A program made the position numbers and the translations under genes. The notes under the pieces were generated by a model. The model ran no database searches, was not told where the DNA came from, and saw only the letters and a list, made by a program, of their open reading frames with translations. Positions 47,666 to 55,440 of a stretch of DNA of 64,000 nucleotides are shown piece by piece (position 1 is the first letter of the stretch; each line of letters begins with the position of its first letter). The stretch is from assembly GCA_004298545.1 (NCBI GenBank), contig SCQX01000172.1, positions 8,528-72,527 on the forward strand, written 5' to 3'. This DNA is from Candidimonas sp. Its GTDB lineage: Bacteria > Pseudomonadota > Gammaproteobacteria > Burkholderiales > Burkholderiaceae_B.

Positions 47666-48097
47666 TCAGTTCGACTGCAGGGCGGCCAGCATTGTCTTGA
47701 TGCGATCCGAAACGAAATCCAGGTCCGCCTGGTAATGCAGCGCGGTATCGGCGAAATTCACGCGCGCCGTATCCATTTCCACCGTATTGCCATCGGCGCT
47801 TTGCTGATATGGAACACGGTATTGAACCGGCGCGCTCGCGGTGGGCGCGCCACTCCCGGGGATGTGGCGTGCATTGGTCAGGTCCAGATTCACCGACGAC
47901 AGGGCCTGCGAGCCGGACAAAGCCACCTTCAGGCTCTCGCCAAAATCAATGTCGCGCGCTTTGTAGTTCGGCGTGTCGGCGTTCGCGATGTTGCTTGAAA
48001 GCAGCTGCAGCCGTTGTTCGCGAATGTCAGCCGTCATCTCAAAGAACGCAAAGGCGCGATTCAGCGGAGAAATTCCGGTACTCACGACGTGCGTCAT
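47666..48097 (-). CDS. flgB: proximal rod protein
   Basis: 143 aa with LQLLSSNIANADTPNYKARDIDF. ATG 48097 matches the length of enteric FlgB N-termini. Confidence 0.9.
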   Translation of the reverse strand: MTHVVSTGISPLNRAFAFFEMTADIREQRLQLLSSNIANADTPNYKARDIDFGESLKVALSGSQALSSVNLDLTNARHIPGSGAPTASAPVQYRVPYQQSADGNTVEMDTARVNFADTALHYQADLDFVSDRIKTMLAALQSN

Positions 48098-48244
48098 CCT
48101 TCGTTGTCAATCGGAAAACATCGGACGATGTCAGACCTGCATGGTAGACGCGCCGGGGATGCCGCAAGAACGGAAACAGGCTGGAATTGTTCGGCTACTT
48201 CCCGCGATCGAGTCCACAGCCGCGCGCGTACACTGGCTGGCGTC

Positions 48245-48967
48245 ATGGAACACTTTATCGATGCGTTACGCGCGGCCGGCGGCGCAGCCATCGCCGCCTG
48301 TGCATTCGGCGCGGGTCCCTGCCTGGCGGGGCAACTGCCCGCCGATTCAGTCCTCGCGCAACAAGCAACCCGTTTTTTGACCGCCGTCGCCCAGCGACAG
48401 GGGTTGGACGGAACGCTGCAGGCGAGCTTCACCGACGCGGGCGGGGAACGCATGCGCGCCTGCCCGGATCCGGAGATCACCCGCGGCACGCAGCGCCCGC
48501 TGGAAGTCTACGAGACACTGCAGGTCAGCTGCCCAGGCACGGCAAGCCTGGCCGGCGTGACGTACCTGCGTGCGCAAATCACGCTACAAGGCGCCTACCC
48601 TGTGACCGACCGCAGCATCGACCGCGGCGAAGTAATCACCCGCGCCGACCTGCGCACCCGTAGGGGCGACCTCCTGCGCCTTCCCCAAGACGCCCGAGCC
48701 CCCATCGACACGTGGGTAGGGCAAATCGCCACCCAGCGCATCCCCGCCGGTGAACCGCTGCGCGGCAGTGAAGTGCGCGGCGCACAGTCGGTCGCGCGTG
48801 GCCAAGACGTCCACCTGATCTACGAGGCGCCGGGCCTGCGGGTGAGCAACGACGGCACCGCCATCTCCTCCGCGGGCGTGGGGTCTGTGGTGCAGGTGAA
48901 GACCGACGGCGGACGCATCGTCGCGGGGCGGGTTGCCGCGGACGGTTCGGTGCGGGTACAGTTTTAA
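48245..48967 (+). CDS. flgA: P-ring assembly chaperone
   Basis: Track ORF 48014.. trimmed to ATG 48245. Signal-like N-terminus. C-terminal SAF/FlgA domain GEPLRGSEVRGAQSVARGQDVHLIYEAPGLRVSNDGTAISSAGVGSVVQVK. Divergent from flgB. Confidence 0.8.
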   Translation: MEHFIDALRAAGGAAIAACAFGAGPCLAGQLPADSVLAQQATRFLTAVAQRQGLDGTLQASFTDAGGERMRACPDPEITRGTQRPLEVYETLQVSCPGTASLAGVTYLRAQITLQGAYPVTDRSIDRGEVITRADLRTRRGDLLRLPQDARAPIDTWVGQIATQRIPAGEPLRGSEVRGAQSVARGQDVHLIYEAPGLRVSNDGTAISSAGVGSVVQVKTDGGRIVAGRVAADGSVRVQF

Positions 48968-48997
48968 TAAAATCTCGCGCGGCGGCCGTTGCGCTGC

Positions 48998-49024
48998 TAA
49001 AGCTTGCGTGAATTTCGCCGTAAA
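48998..49024 (+). promoter_or_regulatory. sigma-28 type promoter of flgMN
   Basis: TAAA-N15-GCCGTAAACCCGG on the plus strand, 59 nt upstream of the flgM ATG. This is the best match of the four. Confidence 0.75.
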
Positions 49025-49082
49025 CCCGGGTAAGATCGCCGCAACGAATCACAAGAACACAACTTTTTCTCACGAACCAGCC

Positions 49083-49379
49083 ATGGATATCAACCCGCTA
49101 CCCTCCAGCACAGACGTCGCCGGCAGCGCCGCGGGTTCCGTGCGCAATGTTCAGGCGGGTTCCTCCGCTGGCGCACAGCAAACGGCGCAGACATCCGAGC
49201 CGCCAAGCGCGGCCGTTTCGCTGTCGGCCGGTCTGCTCGCCCTGGGCAATGCCGCGCAGGACGTCAACGTCGCCAAGGTGGCGCAGATTCGCGCGGCACT
49301 GGCCGACGGGTCGCTCACCATCAACGTGGAACGAATCGCGGACGGCCTCGTCAACGATGCAATGGCACTGCTCAAATAA
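49083..49379 (+). CDS. flgM: anti-sigma-28 factor
   Basis: Trimmed to ATG 49083. 98 aa with C-terminal VNVAKVAQIRAALADGSLTINVERIADGLV. Confidence 0.8.
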   Translation: MDINPLPSSTDVAGSAAGSVRNVQAGSSAGAQQTAQTSEPPSAAVSLSAGLLALGNAAQDVNVAKVAQIRAALADGSLTINVERIADGLVNDAMALLK

Positions 49380-49397
49380 ACCGGGTACGCAAAGGTC

Positions 49398-49883
49398 ATG
49401 AACGCAATGGCCGGAACCAACGACCTTCAGGAGCTCGCGCGCTGTCTGCGCGAAGAACTTGCGGCTCTCGCCGCCTTCGAAAGTGCTCTCGAACAGGAAG
49501 TGCTCGCACTCGGCGAAGTGCGCGCCCCCGAGAAGCTAAAGACCACGACAGACGCCAAGTCGCACGCAGCCACCCGCTTGCACGCCGCCTTCGAGCGGCG
49601 AGTGCTTGCCGTACGATCGATCGACCCTGCGGTCCTGAATGGCGACTGCGTCGGAATTGCGGCGGGCGCACCCGCCATTCGCGCACTTTGGGAACCGCTC
49701 TTGCGGCTTGTGCATCACGCCCAGGAAAAAAACCTCGCCAATGGCCGCCTCATCGAAGGGTATCGCCGCTACAACGAAGTCGCTCTCGAAAACCTGCGCG
49801 AGGCCGCCGGCTTGCAGAACTCCTACACGGCGCGCGGCAAAGCGCTCAGCGCACGGACCAAACGCACGCTCGCCACTGGCTGA
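49398..49883 (+). CDS. flgN: FlgK/FlgL export chaperone
   Basis: 161-aa helical protein directly after flgM. Assignment is mainly positional. Confidence 0.7.
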   Translation: MNAMAGTNDLQELARCLREELAALAAFESALEQEVLALGEVRAPEKLKTTTDAKSHAATRLHAAFERRVLAVRSIDPAVLNGDCVGIAAGAPAIRALWEPLLRLVHHAQEKNLANGRLIEGYRRYNEVALENLREAAGLQNSYTARGKALSARTKRTLATG

Positions 49884-49898
49884 AACCAGACCGGCACA

Positions 49899-52025
49899 CT
49901 ACAGTTTATCGGTCGCGCTGATCGAAGTCGTGATGCGGATGATGCGTTCATCCGGAATCTCACTGATAGCCATCACCGCGAGCTCGGGCAGAGTGGCGCG
50001 GAAGAACCGCGACAATGGCTCGCGTAGCAACGGGCTCGTCAGCAGCACCGGGGGATCGCCCCGCTGCGTATGACGCTCGAGCGCCTGGCGGGTTCTCTCC
50101 AGCACCTTTTGCGCCAACATCGGTTCCAGCGACCCGTTGGAGGTCATCGCCGTGGTGAGGACGCGTTCGAGCTCCGTTTCAAGCCCGAGCGCAAGGCATT
50201 CTCTGGACTCGCCAAAAAATTGTTGTGTAATCGCCCGCGCCAGACCCATGCGTACCCGAGCCAGAAGGTCTCCCACTGGAAATGGCGTGCCCGCGGCCAC
50301 GGCCGAAGTCTGCAACCTCGGCCCCCACTCGAGCAGTATCTCCACGAGCGAGCGCATATCGCGAATCGGGATGCCCTCGGCCAGCAATCCGCGCAGCACG
50401 AACAACAGGGAAGATTGGCTGACGGCCTTGGGCACGAGGTCGTCGGTGAGCTTGGGTGATTCCTGTTCGGTGCGCTCCATGAGCCGATTCAACTCCAGGC
50501 GCCCGAACAAGTCGGCGGCATGTCGGTGGATCAGGTGGTCGAGATGCGTGGCGATGACGGTGCCGGCGTCCACGACGGTATAGCCCGCAACCTGGGCGAG
50601 TTCGCGCGAGCCGGTTTCGATCCAGACCGTGGGCAGGCCGAACGTCGGATCGGTTCCGGCGCGGCCGTTCAGAGGCGTGGTTACGTCGCCCGGATCGATT
50701 GCCATGAGCAGCCCAGGCCATATCTCGCCACGCCCGACCTCCACGCCGTAGAGCAATACCCGATACGTGTTCGGATCGAGCTCCAGATTGTCGCGAATGT
50801 GCACCACGGGCGGCAAAAATCCCATATTCTGCGCGAAAGCCTTGCGCAATGCCCGCACTCTTCCAACCAGTTCGGCCCCTTTTTCGGGGGCGACCATCGC
50901 CACCAGACGAAAGCCGATTTCAAGCGCGAGCGGGTCGACAAGCGTGACGTCCTTCCATGACGCTTCGCTGGCCTGAGAGACGGCGGCGCTTCTTCCCGCC
51001 TCGGCACTGGCGCGCGCCTCCTTCGCTGCCTCGCGTCGATGGATGGTGACGGCGCTGACGGCAAGCATCGTCGCCAGCGTGAGAAATGCGAAGTGGGGCA
51101 TGTCCGGGATCAGCCCCATCAACAGCAAAATGGCCGCCGTGATGAATTGCGGCAGCGGGTTGGAGAATAATTGGCCGACGAGCTGCTGGCCGACATCTTG
51201 ATCGGTGGCAACACGCGAAACAATAACACCCGCCGCCGTGGAGACAATCAACGAAGGAATCTGGCCGACGAGCCCGTCGCCGATGGTGAGCAACGTATAG
51301 TCGGTGGCCGCGTCCGAAAGATCCATGCCATGCTGCAACACACCGACCAGCAGGCCGCCGACGATGCATACCGCCATGATGATGAGCCCGGCGATCGCGT
51401 CGCCGCGCACGAACTTGCTTGCGCCATCCATGGATCCATAGAATTCGGCCTCCTGGGCAACCTCGGCGCGGCGTTTGCGCGCCTGGTCCTCGGTAACCAG
51501 CCCGGCGTTCAAATCCGCGTCGATCGCCATTTGTTTGCCGGGCATGGCATCGAGCGTGAAGCGCGCCCCGACCTCGGCAATGCGCCCGGCGCCCTTCGTG
51601 ATGACCACGAAATTGATCAGTACGAGGATGAGAAACACGACGATGCCGACGGCAAAGTTTCCGCCCACCAGGAAATGCCCGAAGGCCTCGATGACGCGCC
51701 CGGCCGCGCCGGGGCCGGTGTGCCCGTTCATCAGCACGACACGGGCCGAAGCCACGTTCAGCGACAGGCGCAGCAGCGTGGCGAAAAGCAGCACCGACGG
51801 AAAGGCGGCGAAATCGAGCGCCCGGTGCGTGAACATCGCCACGAGCAGAATCATGATCGCCATGGCGATGTTGAAGGTGAACAGCAGATCCAGCACCACC
51901 GGCGGCAGCGGCAGCACCATCATGGCGAGCACCATGAGGATGAGTATCGGCCCCGCGAGGATGCGCGGTTGCGCCGCGATGGTCGAACGCAGGAACGAGA
52001 GGGCGCTGTTGGGCGGAGGCGTCAT
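49899..52025 (-). CDS. flhA: flagellar export gate protein
   Basis: 708 aa with FPSVLLFATLLRLSLNVASARVVL and GASKFVRGDAIAGLII. Confidence 0.95.
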   Translation of the reverse strand: MTPPPNSALSFLRSTIAAQPRILAGPILILMVLAMMVLPLPPVVLDLLFTFNIAMAIMILLVAMFTHRALDFAAFPSVLLFATLLRLSLNVASARVVLMNGHTGPGAAGRVIEAFGHFLVGGNFAVGIVVFLILVLINFVVITKGAGRIAEVGARFTLDAMPGKQMAIDADLNAGLVTEDQARKRRAEVAQEAEFYGSMDGASKFVRGDAIAGLIIMAVCIVGGLLVGVLQHGMDLSDAATDYTLLTIGDGLVGQIPSLIVSTAAGVIVSRVATDQDVGQQLVGQLFSNPLPQFITAAILLLMGLIPDMPHFAFLTLATMLAVSAVTIHRREAAKEARASAEAGRSAAVSQASEASWKDVTLVDPLALEIGFRLVAMVAPEKGAELVGRVRALRKAFAQNMGFLPPVVHIRDNLELDPNTYRVLLYGVEVGRGEIWPGLLMAIDPGDVTTPLNGRAGTDPTFGLPTVWIETGSRELAQVAGYTVVDAGTVIATHLDHLIHRHAADLFGRLELNRLMERTEQESPKLTDDLVPKAVSQSSLLFVLRGLLAEGIPIRDMRSLVEILLEWGPRLQTSAVAAGTPFPVGDLLARVRMGLARAITQQFFGESRECLALGLETELERVLTTAMTSNGSLEPMLAQKVLERTRQALERHTQRGDPPVLLTSPLLREPLSRFFRATLPELAVMAISEIPDERIIRITTSISATDKL

Positions 52026-53191
52026 GACGGGACCGCGGCCGCATCGGCGCGCGCCGGGCCGGGATCGAACCCTAGCGGCACCGCCAGTGCCTCGGGTTCG
52101 GGGTTGTCGGGAGCGGCAGGTTCAAGCCCCGACTCCCAGCGGCGCAACTGGTAGACCCAGGCAAGTACGCGTGCCACCGCCGCAAAAAGCGCCTCCGGAA
52201 TGGTATCGCCCAGTTCAACGTGCGCATAGAGGGCGCGCGCCAATGGCGGCGCTTCGAGGACCGGAACGCGGTGCTGCGCGGCAAGTTCGCGGATTTTCAT
52301 CGCGACCGCGCCGCGCCCCTTCGCCACCAGGCGCGGCGCCGGCTGCCCGGGCGCGTAAACGAGCGCGACTGCAAAATGCGTGGGATTCGTCACTACAACG
52401 TTTGCCTTCGCCACTTCACTCATCATGCGATGACGCGCAATCTCACGCTGCTGCTGGCGGATACGCCCCTTCACATGGGGATCACCCTCGTTCTCCTTCA
52501 ACTCCCGGCGCACTTCGTCCTTGGTCATGCGAAGGCGTTTGGCGTAGGAGTGCGCCTGCCAGGGGGCGTCGAACAACGCAATGAGAACGATAGGCGCGCT
52601 CGCCGCAAGACAGCATGCGAGCGCAAGTGAAAGCGCATGGACGCTCGCCGGCACGAAGGCCTCGTTCGAGAGCGCCACCAGCTGCGGCAGCGCCCGCTTC
52701 AAGGCGAGATAGCCGAGCGCGCCGATGAGCACGGACTTGAGCAGCGTCTTGGCAAGTTCCGCGCCAGTTTGCGCGGAGAAAAAGCGCGCCGCGCCACTGA
52801 TCGGGTTCAGCCGCTCGGCCTTGGGCGCAAGCGCCGCCGGCGTGAACAGCCAGCCCCCGAGAGCAAGGGCGCCGACAACGCCGGCAACGGCCGCCGCGAT
52901 GAGCACCGGCGCGGCGGCCTCGACCGCCGCCACCGCGGCGACTCCCAGCACATGGAACATATGGCCGGGATCCGCCGCACTGGCCGCGTCGAACGTGAGT
53001 CCGTCGCGCATAACGCCTATCGTCTTCTCCCAGAGCAGCGAGGCGCTGGCCCACAACACGGCACCGCAGCCAAAAATGGCAAGACAGGTGCCAAGCTCGC
53101 GCGAACGCGGCACCTGTCCCTCGGAACGAGCCTTGTCCAGCCGCTGGTGCGAGGCGGGTTCGGTCTTCTCGACGTCACTGTTTTCGGCCAT
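52022..53191 (-). CDS. flhB: flagellar export switch protein
   Basis: Track ORF trimmed to ATG 53191. MAENSDVEKTEPASHQRLDKARSEGQVPRSRE and autocleavage site VVVTNPTHFAVAL. ATGA overlap with flhA. Confidence 0.95.
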   Translation of the reverse strand: MAENSDVEKTEPASHQRLDKARSEGQVPRSRELGTCLAIFGCGAVLWASASLLWEKTIGVMRDGLTFDAASAADPGHMFHVLGVAAVAAVEAAAPVLIAAAVAGVVGALALGGWLFTPAALAPKAERLNPISGAARFFSAQTGAELAKTLLKSVLIGALGYLALKRALPQLVALSNEAFVPASVHALSLALACCLAASAPIVLIALFDAPWQAHSYAKRLRMTKDEVRRELKENEGDPHVKGRIRQQQREIARHRMMSEVAKANVVVTNPTHFAVALVYAPGQPAPRLVAKGRGAVAMKIRELAAQHRVPVLEAPPLARALYAHVELGDTIPEALFAAVARVLAWVYQLRRWESGLEPAAPDNPEPEALAVPLGFDPGPARADAAAVPS

Positions 53192-54371
53192 GCCTGACTC
53201 GCGGTTTGCCCTTGCGAGAGGCCGCCCGGACCGGACGCGGCACGCTCGCCATGGCAGGAATATCAAACTGCGGTGCGCTGCTCCACAAGGTATCGACCGG
53301 CGCGTCGGCGAGCTGCCTGGCAGTGCGTATCCCGAGCGCTTCGACCGGCGCGGCACTGGGCGCGGCGCTGATCTTCCCCGCCGGAGGTGCCGCGGGCGGC
53401 TTCGCCTCCGGCGCGGCACCCTCGGGGGTGCTGTCGGGCTTCGCGCCGGTCGCCGCGGCCCCCGGCCTGGGAGCGCCGGCGCCTTGCGACTTTTCCCACT
53501 GCACGGAGGTCATGGCACCACCAGAATAGGTTTCGCGCAGCAGCCTATCGGCATCCTTGTTCAACACCACGATACTAATGCGCCGGTTGGCCGCGGCCAT
53601 CGGATCATCCTTGATGAGGTTCATGGTGTCGGCCAGGCCCAGGATGCGGCGCACTTTAGCATCATCGATACCGCCCGCGACGAGCGCCTGGCGCGCGGAG
53701 TTGGCCCGGTCGGCCGACAGCTCCCAATTGCTGTAGTGCTGCTCGCCGGTCACATACGGCTTTGCGTCGGTATGGCCGGCGATCGACAGGCCGTTCGGCA
53801 CGCCGTTGAGCGTGGGCGCAAGCGCGTGCAGAATGTCGACCATCGCCGGCGAGAGCGTCGCGCTGCCCAGCGCGAACATGGGTTTGTCCTGTTCATCGAG
53901 AATCTGGATGCGCAGCCCTTCCGGCGTCATGTCCAGCACCAGTTGGGGCCGATACTTTTTCAGCACTGGATTCGCCTCGATGAGCGCCTCGAGGCGCCGC
54001 TTCAAATCTTCCAGGCGCGCCTGGTCCTGCCGGGCGCCGGGGCTCCAGGAAGGATGCGTGATCGCATTGGGCGGCGCATCGGTCGGCGCGTGGTTCGGGA
54101 TGGCCGATGGGCTGCCGCCGGGGATCACGTTGTGCGGACTCGCGTCGGTGATCTTGCCTTCAAGCGCGGACATCAGCGGCGTGCGGAAATACTGCGCGAT
54201 GCCCTGTAGACTTTCCTTCGGCACCAGCAACAACAGCCACATCACCAGAAAGAATGCCATCATCGCCGTCATGAAGTCGGCATAGGCGATTTTCCAGCTG
54301 CCGCCATGCCCCTCCGCGTGGGCGCTCTTGGGGCGATGAATGACGATGCGAGGTTCTGGTTCGGCGGCCAT
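53175..54371 (-). CDS. motB: flagellar stator protein with extended Ala/Pro-rich C-terminal tail
   Basis: 398 aa with GSWKIAYADFMTAMMAFFLVMWLL (plug/TM with Asp). OmpA-like GHTDAKPY...NWELSADRANSARQALV...NRRISIVVL. About 115 aa of extra tail. Overlaps flhB by 17 nt. Confidence 0.9.
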   Translation of the reverse strand: MAAEPEPRIVIHRPKSAHAEGHGGSWKIAYADFMTAMMAFFLVMWLLLLVPKESLQGIAQYFRTPLMSALEGKITDASPHNVIPGGSPSAIPNHAPTDAPPNAITHPSWSPGARQDQARLEDLKRRLEALIEANPVLKKYRPQLVLDMTPEGLRIQILDEQDKPMFALGSATLSPAMVDILHALAPTLNGVPNGLSIAGHTDAKPYVTGEQHYSNWELSADRANSARQALVAGGIDDAKVRRILGLADTMNLIKDDPMAAANRRISIVVLNKDADRLLRETYSGGAMTSVQWEKSQGAGAPRPGAAATGAKPDSTPEGAAPEAKPPAAPPAGKISAAPSAAPVEALGIRTARQLADAPVDTLWSSAPQFDIPAMASVPRPVRAASRKGKPRVRHGRKQ

Positions 54372-54388
54372 GGCTAGCGGATCGACCC

Positions 54389-55264
54389 TCAGGCTTTGCC
54401 GCGGTCCTTCGCCCGGGTGCCGCGCACATGTTCCTCAAGTTCCAGAAAGGAGGGGCGCACCACGTCGAAAAGCACCTTGCGCCCGAATTCCACCGCAATC
54501 TGCGGAGGATAGCCGTTCAAGTACGCAAGGAGCGTCACCTTGATGCACTCCAGCGTCTTGACCGATTCGCTGCCGCGCCGGTCCATCGCCTCGGCAAACG
54601 GGAAACCCACCCCATAGGCGAGCAGAATGCCTGCGAAGGTCCCCACCATCGCCTTGGAGATCAAGTCGGCCAGGACGGCGGGGGGCTGGTCGACCGCGGC
54701 AAGCGCCTTGATGACCCCCATTACGGCGGCGACAATGCCAAACGCCGGCAGGGAATCGGCCGTGGTGCGCAGCGCGTGAACCGGCACTTGGGTCTCATAG
54801 CGCACGGTTTCGAGCTCTTCATCCATCAGTGTTTCGATTTCGTAAGGGCTCATGTAGCCGCTGACCATCAAGCGCAGATAATCCACCAGGAAATCTATAA
54901 GAATTTTGTCGCTCAGAATCTCCGGGTACTGCGTGAAGATGCTGCTCGAGGCGGTGTCCTCGATATGTTTTTCGATCGCGCGCACGCCCTCCTTCTTGGC
55001 AACCGTGAGTAGTGAATACATGCAGGCCATGAGATCCATGTAGAGCGTTTTGTTGTAGGGCGTGCGCCTGAATATCCCGGGCAGGTTCTTGCGCAGCAGC
55101 CGCAGCGAGCTGCGGTTATTGCCGACTACGAAAGAGCCCACCGCCGCGCCGGCAATGAGGAGAATTTCCATCGGTTGCCACAGGACCCAGACGTGGCCAT
55201 CACCCGCGACATAACTGCCGAAGACGGCAACGACAACAACGACAAGCCCGATCAACACCAGCAC
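54389..55264 (-). CDS. motA: flagellar stator protein
   Basis: The track ORF extends to 55435. GTG 55264 gives VLVLIGLVVVVVAVFGSYVAGDGHVWVLWQPMEILLIAGAAVG, matching canonical MotA N-termini (292 aa). Confidence 0.9.
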   Translation of the reverse strand: MLVLIGLVVVVVAVFGSYVAGDGHVWVLWQPMEILLIAGAAVGSFVVGNNRSSLRLLRKNLPGIFRRTPYNKTLYMDLMACMYSLLTVAKKEGVRAIEKHIEDTASSSIFTQYPEILSDKILIDFLVDYLRLMVSGYMSPYEIETLMDEELETVRYETQVPVHALRTTADSLPAFGIVAAVMGVIKALAAVDQPPAVLADLISKAMVGTFAGILLAYGVGFPFAEAMDRRGSESVKTLECIKVTLLAYLNGYPPQIAVEFGRKVLFDVVRPSFLELEEHVRGTRAKDRGKA

Positions 55265-55440
55265 GGCGCGCCCTTTTCGCGAACAAGCGAACGGAATATG
55301 GATACGACCGTATGATGCCGGAAAGCGCGGCCACAAAAAGGCGAGTTGTAGCGGGAGAAAACCCTTTAGTTCGCCGGTTTCCCGCGCATGCGGATGCACG
55401 ATACTGAAGCGGTCCTCCGCAACGAAAGGCAACATTGCCC

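Noticed and set aside
50920-54209. 374-, 327-, 369- and 494-aa ORFs overlapping flhA, flhB and motB
   Set aside because: Same GC-bias artefact. FlhA, FlhB (NPTH) and MotB are unambiguous in their own frames.
54389-55435. N-terminal extensions suggested by the ORF track (motA to 55435; also flgI to 42724, flhB to 53419, flgA from 48014, fliP from 34496, flgE to 46497)
   Set aside because: The extensions are Arg/Pro-rich, overlap upstream genes or lack an SD sequence. Internal starts reproduce canonical N-termini (for example MAENSDVEKTEP for FlhB and VLVLIGLVVV for MotA).
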